Of a stretch of 64,000 nucleotides of DNA, positions 16,701-25,194 are shown in pieces. The notes under the pieces were generated by a model. It worked only from the letters and a program-made list of their open reading frames with translations, made no database searches and was not told where the DNA came from. Source of the stretch: an uncultured Holophaga sp. (GTDB lineage Bacteria > Acidobacteriota > Holophagae > Holophagales > Holophagaceae); contig OY761614.1 of assembly GCA_963664825.1 (NCBI GenBank), forward strand, positions 1,120,001 through 1,184,000. Reading direction: 5' to 3'. Every line of letters begins with the position of its first letter. Position 1 is the stretch's first letter. The position numbers and the translations under genes are program-made.

Positions 16701-17211
16701 GAGCCAGGGCCTCGCCCATCGCCCGCAGTTGGCCGGGGGTCGAGCCTTGGCTGTGGAGCGTGAGCCCCAGGAAGGGCACGTCGTCGATGGTGAGCAGGCG
16801 CACGATGGGCTTCAGGGCGCCGCTGGGCAGTAGATCGGCATTGGCCGCCAGCTCCTGGTGGACCTTGACCAGGCTGGATTCCTGGGGCTCGTTCACCTTG
16901 AAGCGCACAGTGATGAGCGCCATGTTGGGCAGGCTGGTGCTGTAGAGGTATTCCACCCCAGATAGGCCCCAGAGGCGCTTCTCCAGGGGGATCGTGATCT
17001 GACTCTCGATCTCCCGGGGGCTGGCCCCGGGCATGGGAACGTAGATGTCGACCATGGGCACGACGATCTGAGGTTCCTCCTCCCGAGGGGTGAGTACCAC
17101 CGCCAGGAGGCCCAACAGCAGGGAGGCCCCCACGATGAGGGGGGTCAATTTGCTATGGAGGAAGGACTTGGCGAGGCGACCCGCCAGGCCCAGAGGACCG
17201 CTGCCGCTCAC
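13756..17211 (-). CDS. RND efflux transporter permease (AcrB/AcrD/AcrF family) with two low-complexity in-frame insertions
   Basis: [57 protein letters not shown]. Confidence 0.93.
   Translation of the reverse strand: [1151 protein letters not shown]
14944..15018. repeat. Multi-hairpin palindromic element inside the RND gene (in frame)
   Basis: GACTCGGGCCCTCCGTGGCCCTC-GCCCTTCGGGC-CGACCTTCGGTCG-GTCCT-AATGGCC..GGCCATT, with two C(TTCG)G hairpins. Confidence 0.6.
15830..15922. repeat. Second palindromic element inside the RND gene (in frame)
   Basis: CGGC..GGGCTTCGCCC..GCCG followed by GGGGGGAC...GTCCCCCC hairpin. Confidence 0.55.
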
Positions 17212-18224
17212 TTCGTCACCTCGACAGGCTGACCGTCCCGGAGCCCTCCGGGAGCGTCAATGACGGGTTCCCCCTGAACCAGACCCGCGCGAACGGGGAT
17301 GCGATCCCCCTGCCCTGCGCCCAGGGATATCCAGCGCAGCTCGGCCTTGCCATCTTTGACCACAAAGACGCCGTTCAATTCGCCGCGTTGCACGAGCGCG
17401 CTCCTGGAGACGGATAGCTCCGGACTTGCAGGCCCATTCATCCCCGGCAGTTTCAGGCGCCCGAAGGCCCCGGAGCGGAGGCCCTCTCCCCCCTTGACCA
17501 CGCGGGCGCGAAGGCTACCCCGGTGGGAGATGGGGTCGCCCCCGGTGGAAAGGCCCGTGATCTGGGCGACGCCAGTCTTTCCATCCACTTCGAAGGACAG
17601 ATTCTGTCCGATCCTCAGGCCCTTGGCCTCTCCTTCGGACAGGCTGCCTGTGAATTCCATGGCTCCCTGCCCTTCCACTTCCACCAGCGGCATTCCGGGG
17701 GCCACGAAATCCCCCTCGCTCACGCGACGGGACTGGACGACTCCCGCGAAGGGGGACCGGATCTGGGTGTATCCGATGCTGGCCTTCACAACCGCTAGGC
17801 CCGCCCGGGCCTGGGCGAGCTGAACATTGGCCTGGTCCAGTTCCACGGGAATGGCGGCATTCTGCCTAGCCAAGTTCTCCATGCGATGGAGCTGGGTGGT
17901 GGCGGCGGTGACCGCCGCTTCCGCGGCCTTCAATCCCCCCTGGAGATCCTCATCGTGGAGGCTCACCAGCAGCGCACCTGCGGCCACGGGCTGGCCCTCG
18001 GTCACGTAAACCCGTCTGACTGAGGCTGCCAGGCGCGTGGCCAGTGTCGCCCGCTGGGTGGAGCCGAGGCTCACGGCCACCCAGCCAGCCTGGGCGGCAT
18101 CAATGGTGGAGGCCAGACGCACCCTCACCCTGGGAAGTTGCGGGGGCTTGGGTTCCTCAGGCCTGCCGCAGGCGACGGTTCCCAGGAGGAGGGCCAGGGC
18201 GGACGGAAACAGAATGGACTTCAT
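17208..18224 (-). CDS. RND periplasmic adaptor (membrane fusion lipoprotein)
   Basis: Lipobox TVAC, biotinyl-lipoyl-like halves (VYVTEGQPV; IRSPFAGVV), GLVQGEPVI. Confidence 0.92.
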   Translation of the reverse strand: MKSILFPSALALLLGTVACGRPEEPKPPQLPRVRVRLASTIDAAQAGWVAVSLGSTQRATLATRLAASVRRVYVTEGQPVAAGALLVSLHDEDLQGGLKAAEAAVTAATTQLHRMENLARQNAAIPVELDQANVQLAQARAGLAVVKASIGYTQIRSPFAGVVQSRRVSEGDFVAPGMPLVEVEGQGAMEFTGSLSEGEAKGLRIGQNLSFEVDGKTGVAQITGLSTGGDPISHRGSLRARVVKGGEGLRSGAFGRLKLPGMNGPASPELSVSRSALVQRGELNGVFVVKDGKAELRWISLGAGQGDRIPVRAGLVQGEPVIDAPGGLRDGQPVEVTK

Positions 18225-18228
18225 CGAT

Positions 18229-19524
18229 TCACTCCTTCACATTCTCAATGGGTTGGCCAAGGGCGAGGGCCAGTTGGGCCTGCCCCAGGCGCCGCTCCAA
18301 CTGGCTGCCCAGCAGGAGCGTGCGGGCTGCGGCCAGACCGGATTCCGCATCCAGCACTTCCACAAGGGACAGGAGCCCTTCCCGGTGACGGGCGGTGCGG
18401 ATGGCCCGCACGGATTCGGAAGCTTCCAGGGCGGTCTTCGCGAAAACAATCTTGGATTCCGCGGTCTGGATGGCCCGGCGGGCCTCTTCGACCTCGCGGC
18501 TAGCCAGGGATTCCTGCCACTTCACGTTGAATTCCGCGGCGCGGGCCTGGGCCCGGGCCGCGCTGATGCGCGCTGTGTCCGAAAAGGAAAAGGTCCATTT
18601 GGCGCCCAGGCTGGCCGTGGTCCAATTGCCGCCTGCGTTCCAGGACTGGCGCAGGGTCCCGGCGACGAGTTGAAGACCGACTTCGGGTTTGAGGCTGCCG
18701 CGAGCCGCCTTCACGCCCTCCCGGGCGGCCTGGGATTGCTGGCGAGCCGCTTCGAGATCCCCGCGCATCCCCGGGGCGACAAGAGCATCGGCACCGTCGA
18801 TGGGCGTAATCAACTCCACGGCGCGGGCATCCAAGCCCACCAACAGGCTCAGAGCCGAACGGGCCGAGGCAAGGCGCGCCTTGGCCTCCAGGAGTCCAGC
18901 CTCGGATTGGGCGTGAAAGGCCCGGCTGCGCTCCCCTTCGGAGCGAAGCATCAGGCCCTGGGCCACTCGGGCCAGCACGAAGCGCTCGGTTTCTAGGGCC
19001 TGATGAAGGGTGTCCTCGGCATAGCGCAGCCCCTGTTCGGCCACCTGGGCCCCGAAGTAGGCCTGGGTGATGGCCAGAGCCACCTGCTGCTTGCGATGTT
19101 CCTGGGAAGCCCCTTCAGCCCTGGCCTGGGCCGCCCCGGCGCGCCTGGCGGCCTCCAGGCGCCCTCCCGCATAGAGGGGCTGGCTCAGGGCGAGCGTCGC
19201 GCCCCCGCCCTGGATCCCATCCGGATGGTTCAGATTGGAAGGCATGAAATCCGTTGGGGCGATGCGGGCCTGGTTGAGCTTCGTCCCGAAGGCCATCATG
19301 GGCTCGTCCGTGTGCATGAAGCCCAGACCAAGGGTTGCCGTGGGCAGACGCAGGGCGGCCATCGCCTCAGCCTCGGCGCGGGCCTTGGCCACCATGGCCT
19401 CGCCGGCCTGCAATCCCGCTTGCTGGGACCAGGCTGTCCGGATGGCCTCCGGGAGGCTCAAGGGGGCCTGGGCCTGCAACACGAGCGTCGCCAGGGGGAG
19501 GCATAAAATCAATCGATCAACCAT
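18229..19524 (-). CDS. TolC-family outer membrane efflux protein
   Basis: Signal peptide, LSLPEAIRTA, SQPLYAGG, REGLLSLVEVLDAE; start MVDRL with an RBS. Confidence 0.9.
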   Translation of the reverse strand: MVDRLILCLPLATLVLQAQAPLSLPEAIRTAWSQQAGLQAGEAMVAKARAEAEAMAALRLPTATLGLGFMHTDEPMMAFGTKLNQARIAPTDFMPSNLNHPDGIQGGGATLALSQPLYAGGRLEAARRAGAAQARAEGASQEHRKQQVALAITQAYFGAQVAEQGLRYAEDTLHQALETERFVLARVAQGLMLRSEGERSRAFHAQSEAGLLEAKARLASARSALSLLVGLDARAVELITPIDGADALVAPGMRGDLEAARQQSQAAREGVKAARGSLKPEVGLQLVAGTLRQSWNAGGNWTTASLGAKWTFSFSDTARISAARAQARAAEFNVKWQESLASREVEEARRAIQTAESKIVFAKTALEASESVRAIRTARHREGLLSLVEVLDAESGLAAARTLLLGSQLERRLGQAQLALALGQPIENVKE

Positions 19525-19549
19525 ACAGGAATATTCCTTTCCAAAAAAA

Positions 19550-19882
19550 TCACGCCAATGAACGGTAGGCATTCTGGATGCGGGCCTTCACATGACCGCA
19601 GACGAGATCACAGAGTTCTTCGACAATGGGGGTCACAGGCTTGAAAAACACGAGATTCCCCTGCTGTTCCCGCAGGATCAATCCAACCTGCACCAGCATG
19701 GCCAAATGTTTACTGGCGTTGGCTTGGGAGAGGCCCGTGAGTTCGGCCAACCTGCCCTGGCAGAGGGGTTCCTTGGCTTCCAGCAGGGCCCGCAGGAGCT
19801 TCAGGCGGGAGACGTCCCCCAGGGAGCCGAAGATGAGGCTGACGTGACTGATGATCTGATCGCTGATGGGAGAGGTCTTCAC
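19550..19882 (-). CDS. ArsR/SmtB-family transcriptional regulator
   Basis: LGDVSRLKLL, LSQANASKHLAML, C-terminal LCDLVC. Confidence 0.9.
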   Translation of the reverse strand: MKTSPISDQIISHVSLIFGSLGDVSRLKLLRALLEAKEPLCQGRLAELTGLSQANASKHLAMLVQVGLILREQQGNLVFFKPVTPIVEELCDLVCGHVKARIQNAYRSLA

Positions 19883-19892
19883 AGTTCCACCT

Positions 19893-19910
19893 TACAACCA
19901 TTAAGTTATA
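19893..19910. promoter_or_regulatory. Putative ArsR operator
   Basis: Imperfect palindrome TACAAC-CATTAA-GTTATA just upstream of the ArsR start; TTGACA on the minus strand at 19925-19930. Confidence 0.4.
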
Positions 19911-20008
19911 CCGTTGATTCACCCTGTCAAGGCCTTTCCCTAAGCACCCCGCCATCTGGCCGCTTGCGGATCCGGGGCCCCGCCCTGAGACTGAGCCTGG
20001 AGGATCTC

Positions 20009-20389
20009 TTGGCCCGTCGTCCCTGCTGCAAGCGAGTCGAGGAAATGCCCGGCGTGAACTATTTCAAGCCTCGGGCTGTGCCCCTCTCGGTATTGGAGGA
20101 GGTCCTCCTCTCGGTCGAGGAACTGGAAGCCCTACGGCTGGCCCACAAGGAAGCCCTCTACCAGCAGGAAGCGGCCGAACGCATGGGCGTCTCCCGAGCC
20201 ACCTTTGGCCGCGTGCTGGATGCCGCTCATCGCAAGGTCACCAAGGCCCTGGTGGAAGGCTGCGCCCTGCGCATCGAAGGCGGTTCCTTCTGCATGATCG
20301 GCCCGGAGCGCTGCGAGCGTTGCTTGGCTAAGGCCGCCGCCGAAGGCGGTGCTTCTCCCTGCGACGCGTGCCCCGTGAAGGCCCGCTGA
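20009..20389 (+). CDS. DUF134 (UPF0251) HTH protein with Cys-rich tail
   Basis: GGAGG then TTG; RRPCCKRV..YFKPRAVP..EELEALRLA..QQEAAERMGVSRATFGRVL..IEGG, CERC...CDAC. Confidence 0.88.
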   Translation: MARRPCCKRVEEMPGVNYFKPRAVPLSVLEEVLLSVEELEALRLAHKEALYQQEAAERMGVSRATFGRVLDAAHRKVTKALVEGCALRIEGGSFCMIGPERCERCLAKAAAEGGASPCDACPVKAR

Positions 20390-20917
20390 TCAGGCTCCCC
20401 GAGGACGCTTCCCCTTGGTATTCCCGCTGGGAGCCTCGTCTAGGCCTGAATAATTGGGCAACACCGGGTTTCGCGCAAACTCGAAGATGAGCGACGTCTC
20501 GATATGGGAGACTTCGGAACGGGTCGTGAAGGCGTCCATGGCCAGATCCCGCATGTGCTGGGCATCCTGGACCGCCACATGGACCAGGAAATCGTGGCCT
20601 CCAGCCAGGTGGTAGATCGCAAGGACCTCAGGCAATCCCCGCAGGTATTTCCAGAAGGATTTCACCTGGGGGCGGCTGTGCTGGCGGAGCCTGACCGAGA
20701 CAAGAGCCTGAAGCCCGATGCCCAGGGCGGCGGGCGCCACTTCCGCATGGGCCTCCCCCAGGATGCCCGCCGCTCGAAGACGCTGCGTCCGGCATAGGCA
20801 TGTGGAAGGAGCCAGACCCACGGCCACGGCTATTTCCTTGTTGGACAAGCGAGCATTCTTCTGAAAATGCCGCAAAATATCGAAATCGATTCGGTCAAGG
20901 TCCATATTCACGAGCAT
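20390..20917 (-). CDS. Lrp/AsnC-family regulator
   Basis: LDRIDFDILRHFQKNARLSNKEIA, GGHDFLVHV; divergent from the PLP lyase gene. Confidence 0.92.
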   Translation of the reverse strand: MLVNMDLDRIDFDILRHFQKNARLSNKEIAVAVGLAPSTCLCRTQRLRAAGILGEAHAEVAPAALGIGLQALVSVRLRQHSRPQVKSFWKYLRGLPEVLAIYHLAGGHDFLVHVAVQDAQHMRDLAMDAFTTRSEVSHIETSLIFEFARNPVLPNYSGLDEAPSGNTKGKRPRGA

Positions 20918-21068
20918 TCTCCAAATTTTATTCGTTGGGCACGAATCGTTTCGAATTCTATCTTGAATCAGTGCCCAGAGGAGGTGCTGCCCTTCCCATG
21001 GATCGGCAAAAGACGGTTCGGTTTTTCAGGCCGAACAGCCCCCTCGAGAGCGGCTACCAGGAGTGCCT

Positions 21069-22307
21069 ATGAGCCACAACGTCAAACCCCAGACTGAGAT
21101 CTTCTCCAAGGGCTACGATCCCCAGCGCTCCGAAGGGGCCGCCGTGCCCCCGGTCTTCCGCACCTCCACCTTCCTGTTCAAGACCGCCGAAGAAGGCAAG
21201 CGGGCCTTCGAGATCGCCTACGGGCTCTCCCCCATGAAGGAGGGCGAAAGCCCGGCCCTCATCTACACCCGGGTAAATAATCCCAATACGGAAATCCTGG
21301 AGGACAAGGCGCGCAGCTGGGACCGCGCCGAGGATGCCGCCCTCTTCGGTTCGGGCATGGGCGCCGTGAGCAGCACCTGCCTTTCCTTCCTGCGCCCGGG
21401 CGACACCCTGCTCTTCGCCGACCCCGTCTACGGCGGCACGGAATTCTTCTTCCGCCACATGCTGCCCATGTTCGGCATCAAGACCCGGCATTTCGCTGCC
21501 GGGGCCACCAAGGCCGAGATGGAGGCCATGGTGAAGGGCGATCCCACCGTCAAGGTCATCTACCTGGAGAGCCCTGCCAACCCGACGATCATGATTTCGG
21601 ATATCGGCTCGGCCCGGGAGCTTGCCGACCAGTACTCCACTCCTGATCGCAAGATCCTCGTGATGGTGGACAACACCTTCATGGGCCCCATCTTCTGCAG
21701 CCCGCTCAAGCACGGCGCCGATCTGGTGATCTATTCGGCCACCAAGTTCTTCGGCGGCCACTCCGACCTCGTGGCGGGCCTCACCATGGGTTCCAAGGCC
21801 CTCATGGGCCAGGTGAAGGTCTTCCGCACCATCCTGGGCTCCATCGCCGATCCCGACACAGCCTGGCTCATTCACCGTTCCCTGGCCACCCTGCAGGTGC
21901 GCATGGAGAAGCAGCAGGAGAATGCCCTCAAGATCGTGGAATTCCTGTGCAAGCACCCCAAGGTCCAGTCCGTGAGCTATCCCGGCCTGCCCGAGATGGG
22001 CGCTCGTCAGGTGGAACTCTGCAAGAAGCAGTGCACGGGCACCGGCAGCCTCATGAGCTTCTTCATCAAGGGCGGCGAGGCCGAGGCCTTCCGGGTACTC
22101 AACGCCATCCAGCACATGAAGCTGGCCGTGAGCCTGGGCGGCGTGGAGAGCCTCATCGAGCACCCCAGCAGCATGACCCACTCCGATATGGCCCCCGACG
22201 AGAAGCTTCACGCCGGCATCACGGAGAACATGATCCGCATCAGCGCAGGCCTGGAGGATGTGGACGACCTCATCGCCGACCTCAAGCAGGCCCTCGACCA
22301 GATCTGA
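21069..22307 (+). CDS. Cys/Met metabolism PLP enzyme (methionine gamma-lyase-like)
   Basis: YTRVNNP, ESPANPT, VDNTF, YSATKFFGGHSD, AVSLGGVESLIEHP. Confidence 0.9.
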   Translation: MSHNVKPQTEIFSKGYDPQRSEGAAVPPVFRTSTFLFKTAEEGKRAFEIAYGLSPMKEGESPALIYTRVNNPNTEILEDKARSWDRAEDAALFGSGMGAVSSTCLSFLRPGDTLLFADPVYGGTEFFFRHMLPMFGIKTRHFAAGATKAEMEAMVKGDPTVKVIYLESPANPTIMISDIGSARELADQYSTPDRKILVMVDNTFMGPIFCSPLKHGADLVIYSATKFFGGHSDLVAGLTMGSKALMGQVKVFRTILGSIADPDTAWLIHRSLATLQVRMEKQQENALKIVEFLCKHPKVQSVSYPGLPEMGARQVELCKKQCTGTGSLMSFFIKGGEAEAFRVLNAIQHMKLAVSLGGVESLIEHPSSMTHSDMAPDEKLHAGITENMIRISAGLEDVDDLIADLKQALDQI

Positions 22308-22336
22308 ACCAGCCACGCCTGAAGACGGTCCTCCTC

Positions 22337-22376
22337 AAAGCGACGCCGCGAACCTCCTGGATCGCGGCGTCGTTTT
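22337..22376. terminator. Intrinsic terminator between convergent genes
   Basis: AAAGCGACGCCGCGA...TCGCGGCGTCGTTTT. Confidence 0.7.
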
Positions 22377-22444
22377 GGGCTGATAGAAACGCGGCCGAGG
22401 CGGCATTCACGTCCCGGCCTGGGCAGAGGGCTAACCATGCACCA

Positions 22445-23701
22445 TCAGGCGCGCTTGAGCTTGTCCTGCATGATCCTCAGGATCTCGGCGTCCACGCCTG
22501 CCATGCCGTGCTGGGCGAGACGGCCCAGGTTGGCCAGGGAGCTTTCGCCATTCTCGCCCACGATGCCATCCGTGACCGGGATCGCGATGCCCGCCATGGC
22601 CAGGTTCGCGGAGCGGAAGGCGGCGTCCACCCCCGTCATGGTCTTCATGGCGCAGCCGATCTTGGCGCCATCGCAGATCATGCCCGCCACATTGCCCACC
22701 ATATTGGAAACGGCCATCCCCACCTGCTGGGCACTGCCGCCCTCCAGCATCACGAGAGCCGATGCGATGCCGATGCCCGCAGCATTGGCCGCGCCGCAGA
22801 CAGCCGACAGGGTTCCGAGCTGCCAGGTGGTGGCCGAGGTCATGAGGCAGGCGAAGGCCAAGGCTTCTTCGATCTCCCCTTCGGTGTGGCCGGACTCCCG
22901 CCCCCAGAGGCTCAAGGGCACAGCCACCGTGATGCCCTTGTTGCCCGAGCCAGCCAATGTCATCACCGGAAGGGATTCCCCGGACATGCGGGCAAAGACC
23001 CCCGCGCTCACCAGATGGGCGAGACGGGTCCGGGAATCCTGGCCCGCGGGCACGAAGCCCGGAGGCAGCAGCGAGAGGCCATGGCGGGCGATGGCCAGAT
23101 TGAGGGCCACTCCCTCCTGGAGGCGTTCCCGGTCCTCCGGATTCACCGTGCGCGCCAGATCCATGAGTGCCTGGATGGAAAGGGCCGCCACCCCTTCCCG
23201 GGGCGAGGCCTCCTCGGCGGATTTCGGCGAGGATTCGGCCCCTCCCACCAGCTGGCCATCCATCTCCAGGCGGGCCAGGTGCGTGTGCTCCCGCTCCAGC
23301 ACGGCCCGGCCCACGCCGCGCTCCCGCACGACGGTCACGTCCACCAGAAGGTGGCTCTGGAGGGCATCCACCTCTACATGGACGCCGCGATGGGCCAGCA
23401 GGGCTCCGGCGGCCTCGATTTCGGGGGCGTCCGTCCCCTCGAAACTGCGCAAGCCCAGGGAGCCATCCGGCAGATGGGCCCCGAGAGCCAGGGCCCAGAG
23501 GATGCCCGTGGCTCGATCCGAATTGGGAAGACCCACGGCGTAGCAGTTCTTGTAGGTGCGGGGGTCGCAGACCAGGCGCACCTGGCGCACCTGCCCGCCC
23601 CCCTGCTCCGCGGCCAGAGAAGCGGCCCAGGCCACGGCGGCGGGTTCCGTGCAACCCAGGGCCTGTTTCCATTCGGCAGCGAGAAAATCGGTCATGCGCA
23701 T
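22445..23701 (-). CDS. L-cysteine desulfidase-like protein (CyuA/YhaM/CdsB, serine dehydratase alpha family)
   Basis: ALGCTEP, ARMSG..PVMTLAGSGNKG, LSAVCG, GMICDGAKIGCAMK. Confidence 0.88.
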   Translation of the reverse strand: MRMTDFLAAEWKQALGCTEPAAVAWAASLAAEQGGGQVRQVRLVCDPRTYKNCYAVGLPNSDRATGILWALALGAHLPDGSLGLRSFEGTDAPEIEAAGALLAHRGVHVEVDALQSHLLVDVTVVRERGVGRAVLEREHTHLARLEMDGQLVGGAESSPKSAEEASPREGVAALSIQALMDLARTVNPEDRERLQEGVALNLAIARHGLSLLPPGFVPAGQDSRTRLAHLVSAGVFARMSGESLPVMTLAGSGNKGITVAVPLSLWGRESGHTEGEIEEALAFACLMTSATTWQLGTLSAVCGAANAAGIGIASALVMLEGGSAQQVGMAVSNMVGNVAGMICDGAKIGCAMKTMTGVDAAFRSANLAMAGIAIPVTDGIVGENGESSLANLGRLAQHGMAGVDAEILRIMQDKLKRA

Positions 23702-23901
23702 GGTGTCGTCTCCCAAAGAGGGGCCCCAGGGACAGGAAACCTCCGGCCTCTGAGATTATTCAAGTATGCAGCATATTTAACAGACAGCCATGAATATGTG
23801 CATATGCTCACAGTTGCCCCGGAGATCCCCCCCTTCCACACTTCCCTGGGGGAAGGATGGCTCTGCACTCCTCCCCTCAAGAGATTCTGGACCCAGGGGG
23901 A

Positions 23902-23933
23902 TTGACAGATACTGAGCATATGCGCAGTATCTG
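23902..23933 (+). promoter_or_regulatory. Promoter -35 box overlapped by a 28-bp palindromic operator
   Basis: TTGACA at 23902-23907; CAGATACTGAGCATATGCGCAGTATCTG at 23906-23933 (one mismatched pair); related TGTGCATATGCTCA at 23797-23810. Confidence 0.7.
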
Positions 23934-23947
23934 CTCAGAGGCATCTC

Positions 23948-24316
23948 ATGACCGTTGCGCCCATCCTCCGGATCGCCATCACCAGTGAAGGCCCCACCCT
24001 TGCGGATCCGGTGGATTCCCGGTTCGGTCGCGCGGGCGGTTTCGTGGTCGTGGACCTGGAATCCATGGCCACGACCTACGTGGACAACGGGTCCTCCCAG
24101 GTGCTGGCCCAGGGCGCCGGCATCCAGGCCGCCGAGAATCTCGTGAAGGCGGGTGCCCAGGCCCTGCTCACCGGCCATGTGGGTCCCAAGGCCTGGGTGG
24201 CCCTCCAGGCCGCCGGGGTGAAGGTGGTCCAGGGCGTCGAGGCCATGACCGTGGGCGAGGCCGTGGCGAAATTCAAGGCCGGGGAGTTCGCCTTTTCCGA
24301 TGCTCCCAGCCGGTAG
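23948..24316 (+). CDS. NifB/NifX-family (FeMo-co biosynthesis domain) protein
   Basis: RIAITS..VDSRFGRAGGF..GAGIQAA..LTGHVGPKA. Confidence 0.88.
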   Translation: MTVAPILRIAITSEGPTLADPVDSRFGRAGGFVVVDLESMATTYVDNGSSQVLAQGAGIQAAENLVKAGAQALLTGHVGPKAWVALQAAGVKVVQGVEAMTVGEAVAKFKAGEFAFSDAPSR

Positions 24317-24324
24317 GAGCCGCC

Positions 24325-25194
24325 ATGATCATTGCGGTCGCCAGCGGTAAGGGAGGAACGGGCAAGACCACCGTCTCGGCTTCCCTGGTTTCAGTCTGGA
24401 AGCGCCCGGTGATGGCCGTGGATATGGATGTGGAGGAGCCGAACCTGCATCTCTTCCTGAAGCCGGAATCCGTGAGTAGCGAAGCTGCCTACCTGGAAGT
24501 GCCCGTGCTTGAGAAGGCCCTCTGCAAGCTTTGCGGGGCCTGCGCGGAACTCTGCCAGTTCAAGGCCCTCAGCCTCATGGGATCGCACCTCCTCGTCTTC
24601 CCGGACATGTGCCACGGCTGCGGCGGGTGCATGCGCATCTGCCCCGAGGGCGCCCTCCAGAAGGGGCAGCGGGAGCTGGGTAGAGTGGAGACGGGCATGA
24701 CGCCTGGGGGGATCCCCTGCCTGACGGGTCGCCTGCGCATCGGGGAAGCAATGAGTCCCCCCCTCATGGGCAAGCTCGGCCAGCGCATGCACGCCCTGGC
24801 CGAGAAGGAGGCCAGGGATATCATCGTCGACGCCCCTCCGGGCGTGAGCTGCCCGGCCATGACATCCGTGCAGGATGCCGATGTGGTCCTGCTGGTCACG
24901 GAGCCCACGCCCTTCGGCCTCCATGATCTCCGCCTGGCCTGGCAGGCCTTCCGGCCCCTGGGCAGGCCCATGGGCGTCGTCATCAACCGCGCGGGCCTGG
25001 GCGATGAGCGGGTCCAGGCCTTCTGCCGGGAGAAGGACCTTCCCCTGCTGGCGGAGATCCCCTTCCGCCGGGATATCGCCGAACACTATGCCAAGGGCGG
25101 CCTCCTGGCCCAACTCGATCCGGGCCTGCAGACCACCTTCGAGGATCTGGCGGAGCGCCTAGAACGCATGGGCGCGGAGGTGAGCCATGCGTGA
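24325..25194 (+). CDS. MinD-superfamily P-loop ATPase with inserted 4Fe-4S ferredoxin domain
   Basis: ASGKGGTGKTT, DVEEPN, CKLCGACAELC, CHGCGGCMRICP, DAPPGVSCP, VTEPTPFGLHDL. Confidence 0.92.
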   Translation: MIIAVASGKGGTGKTTVSASLVSVWKRPVMAVDMDVEEPNLHLFLKPESVSSEAAYLEVPVLEKALCKLCGACAELCQFKALSLMGSHLLVFPDMCHGCGGCMRICPEGALQKGQRELGRVETGMTPGGIPCLTGRLRIGEAMSPPLMGKLGQRMHALAEKEARDIIVDAPPGVSCPAMTSVQDADVVLLVTEPTPFGLHDLRLAWQAFRPLGRPMGVVINRAGLGDERVQAFCREKDLPLLAEIPFRRDIAEHYAKGGLLAQLDPGLQTTFEDLAERLERMGAEVSHA

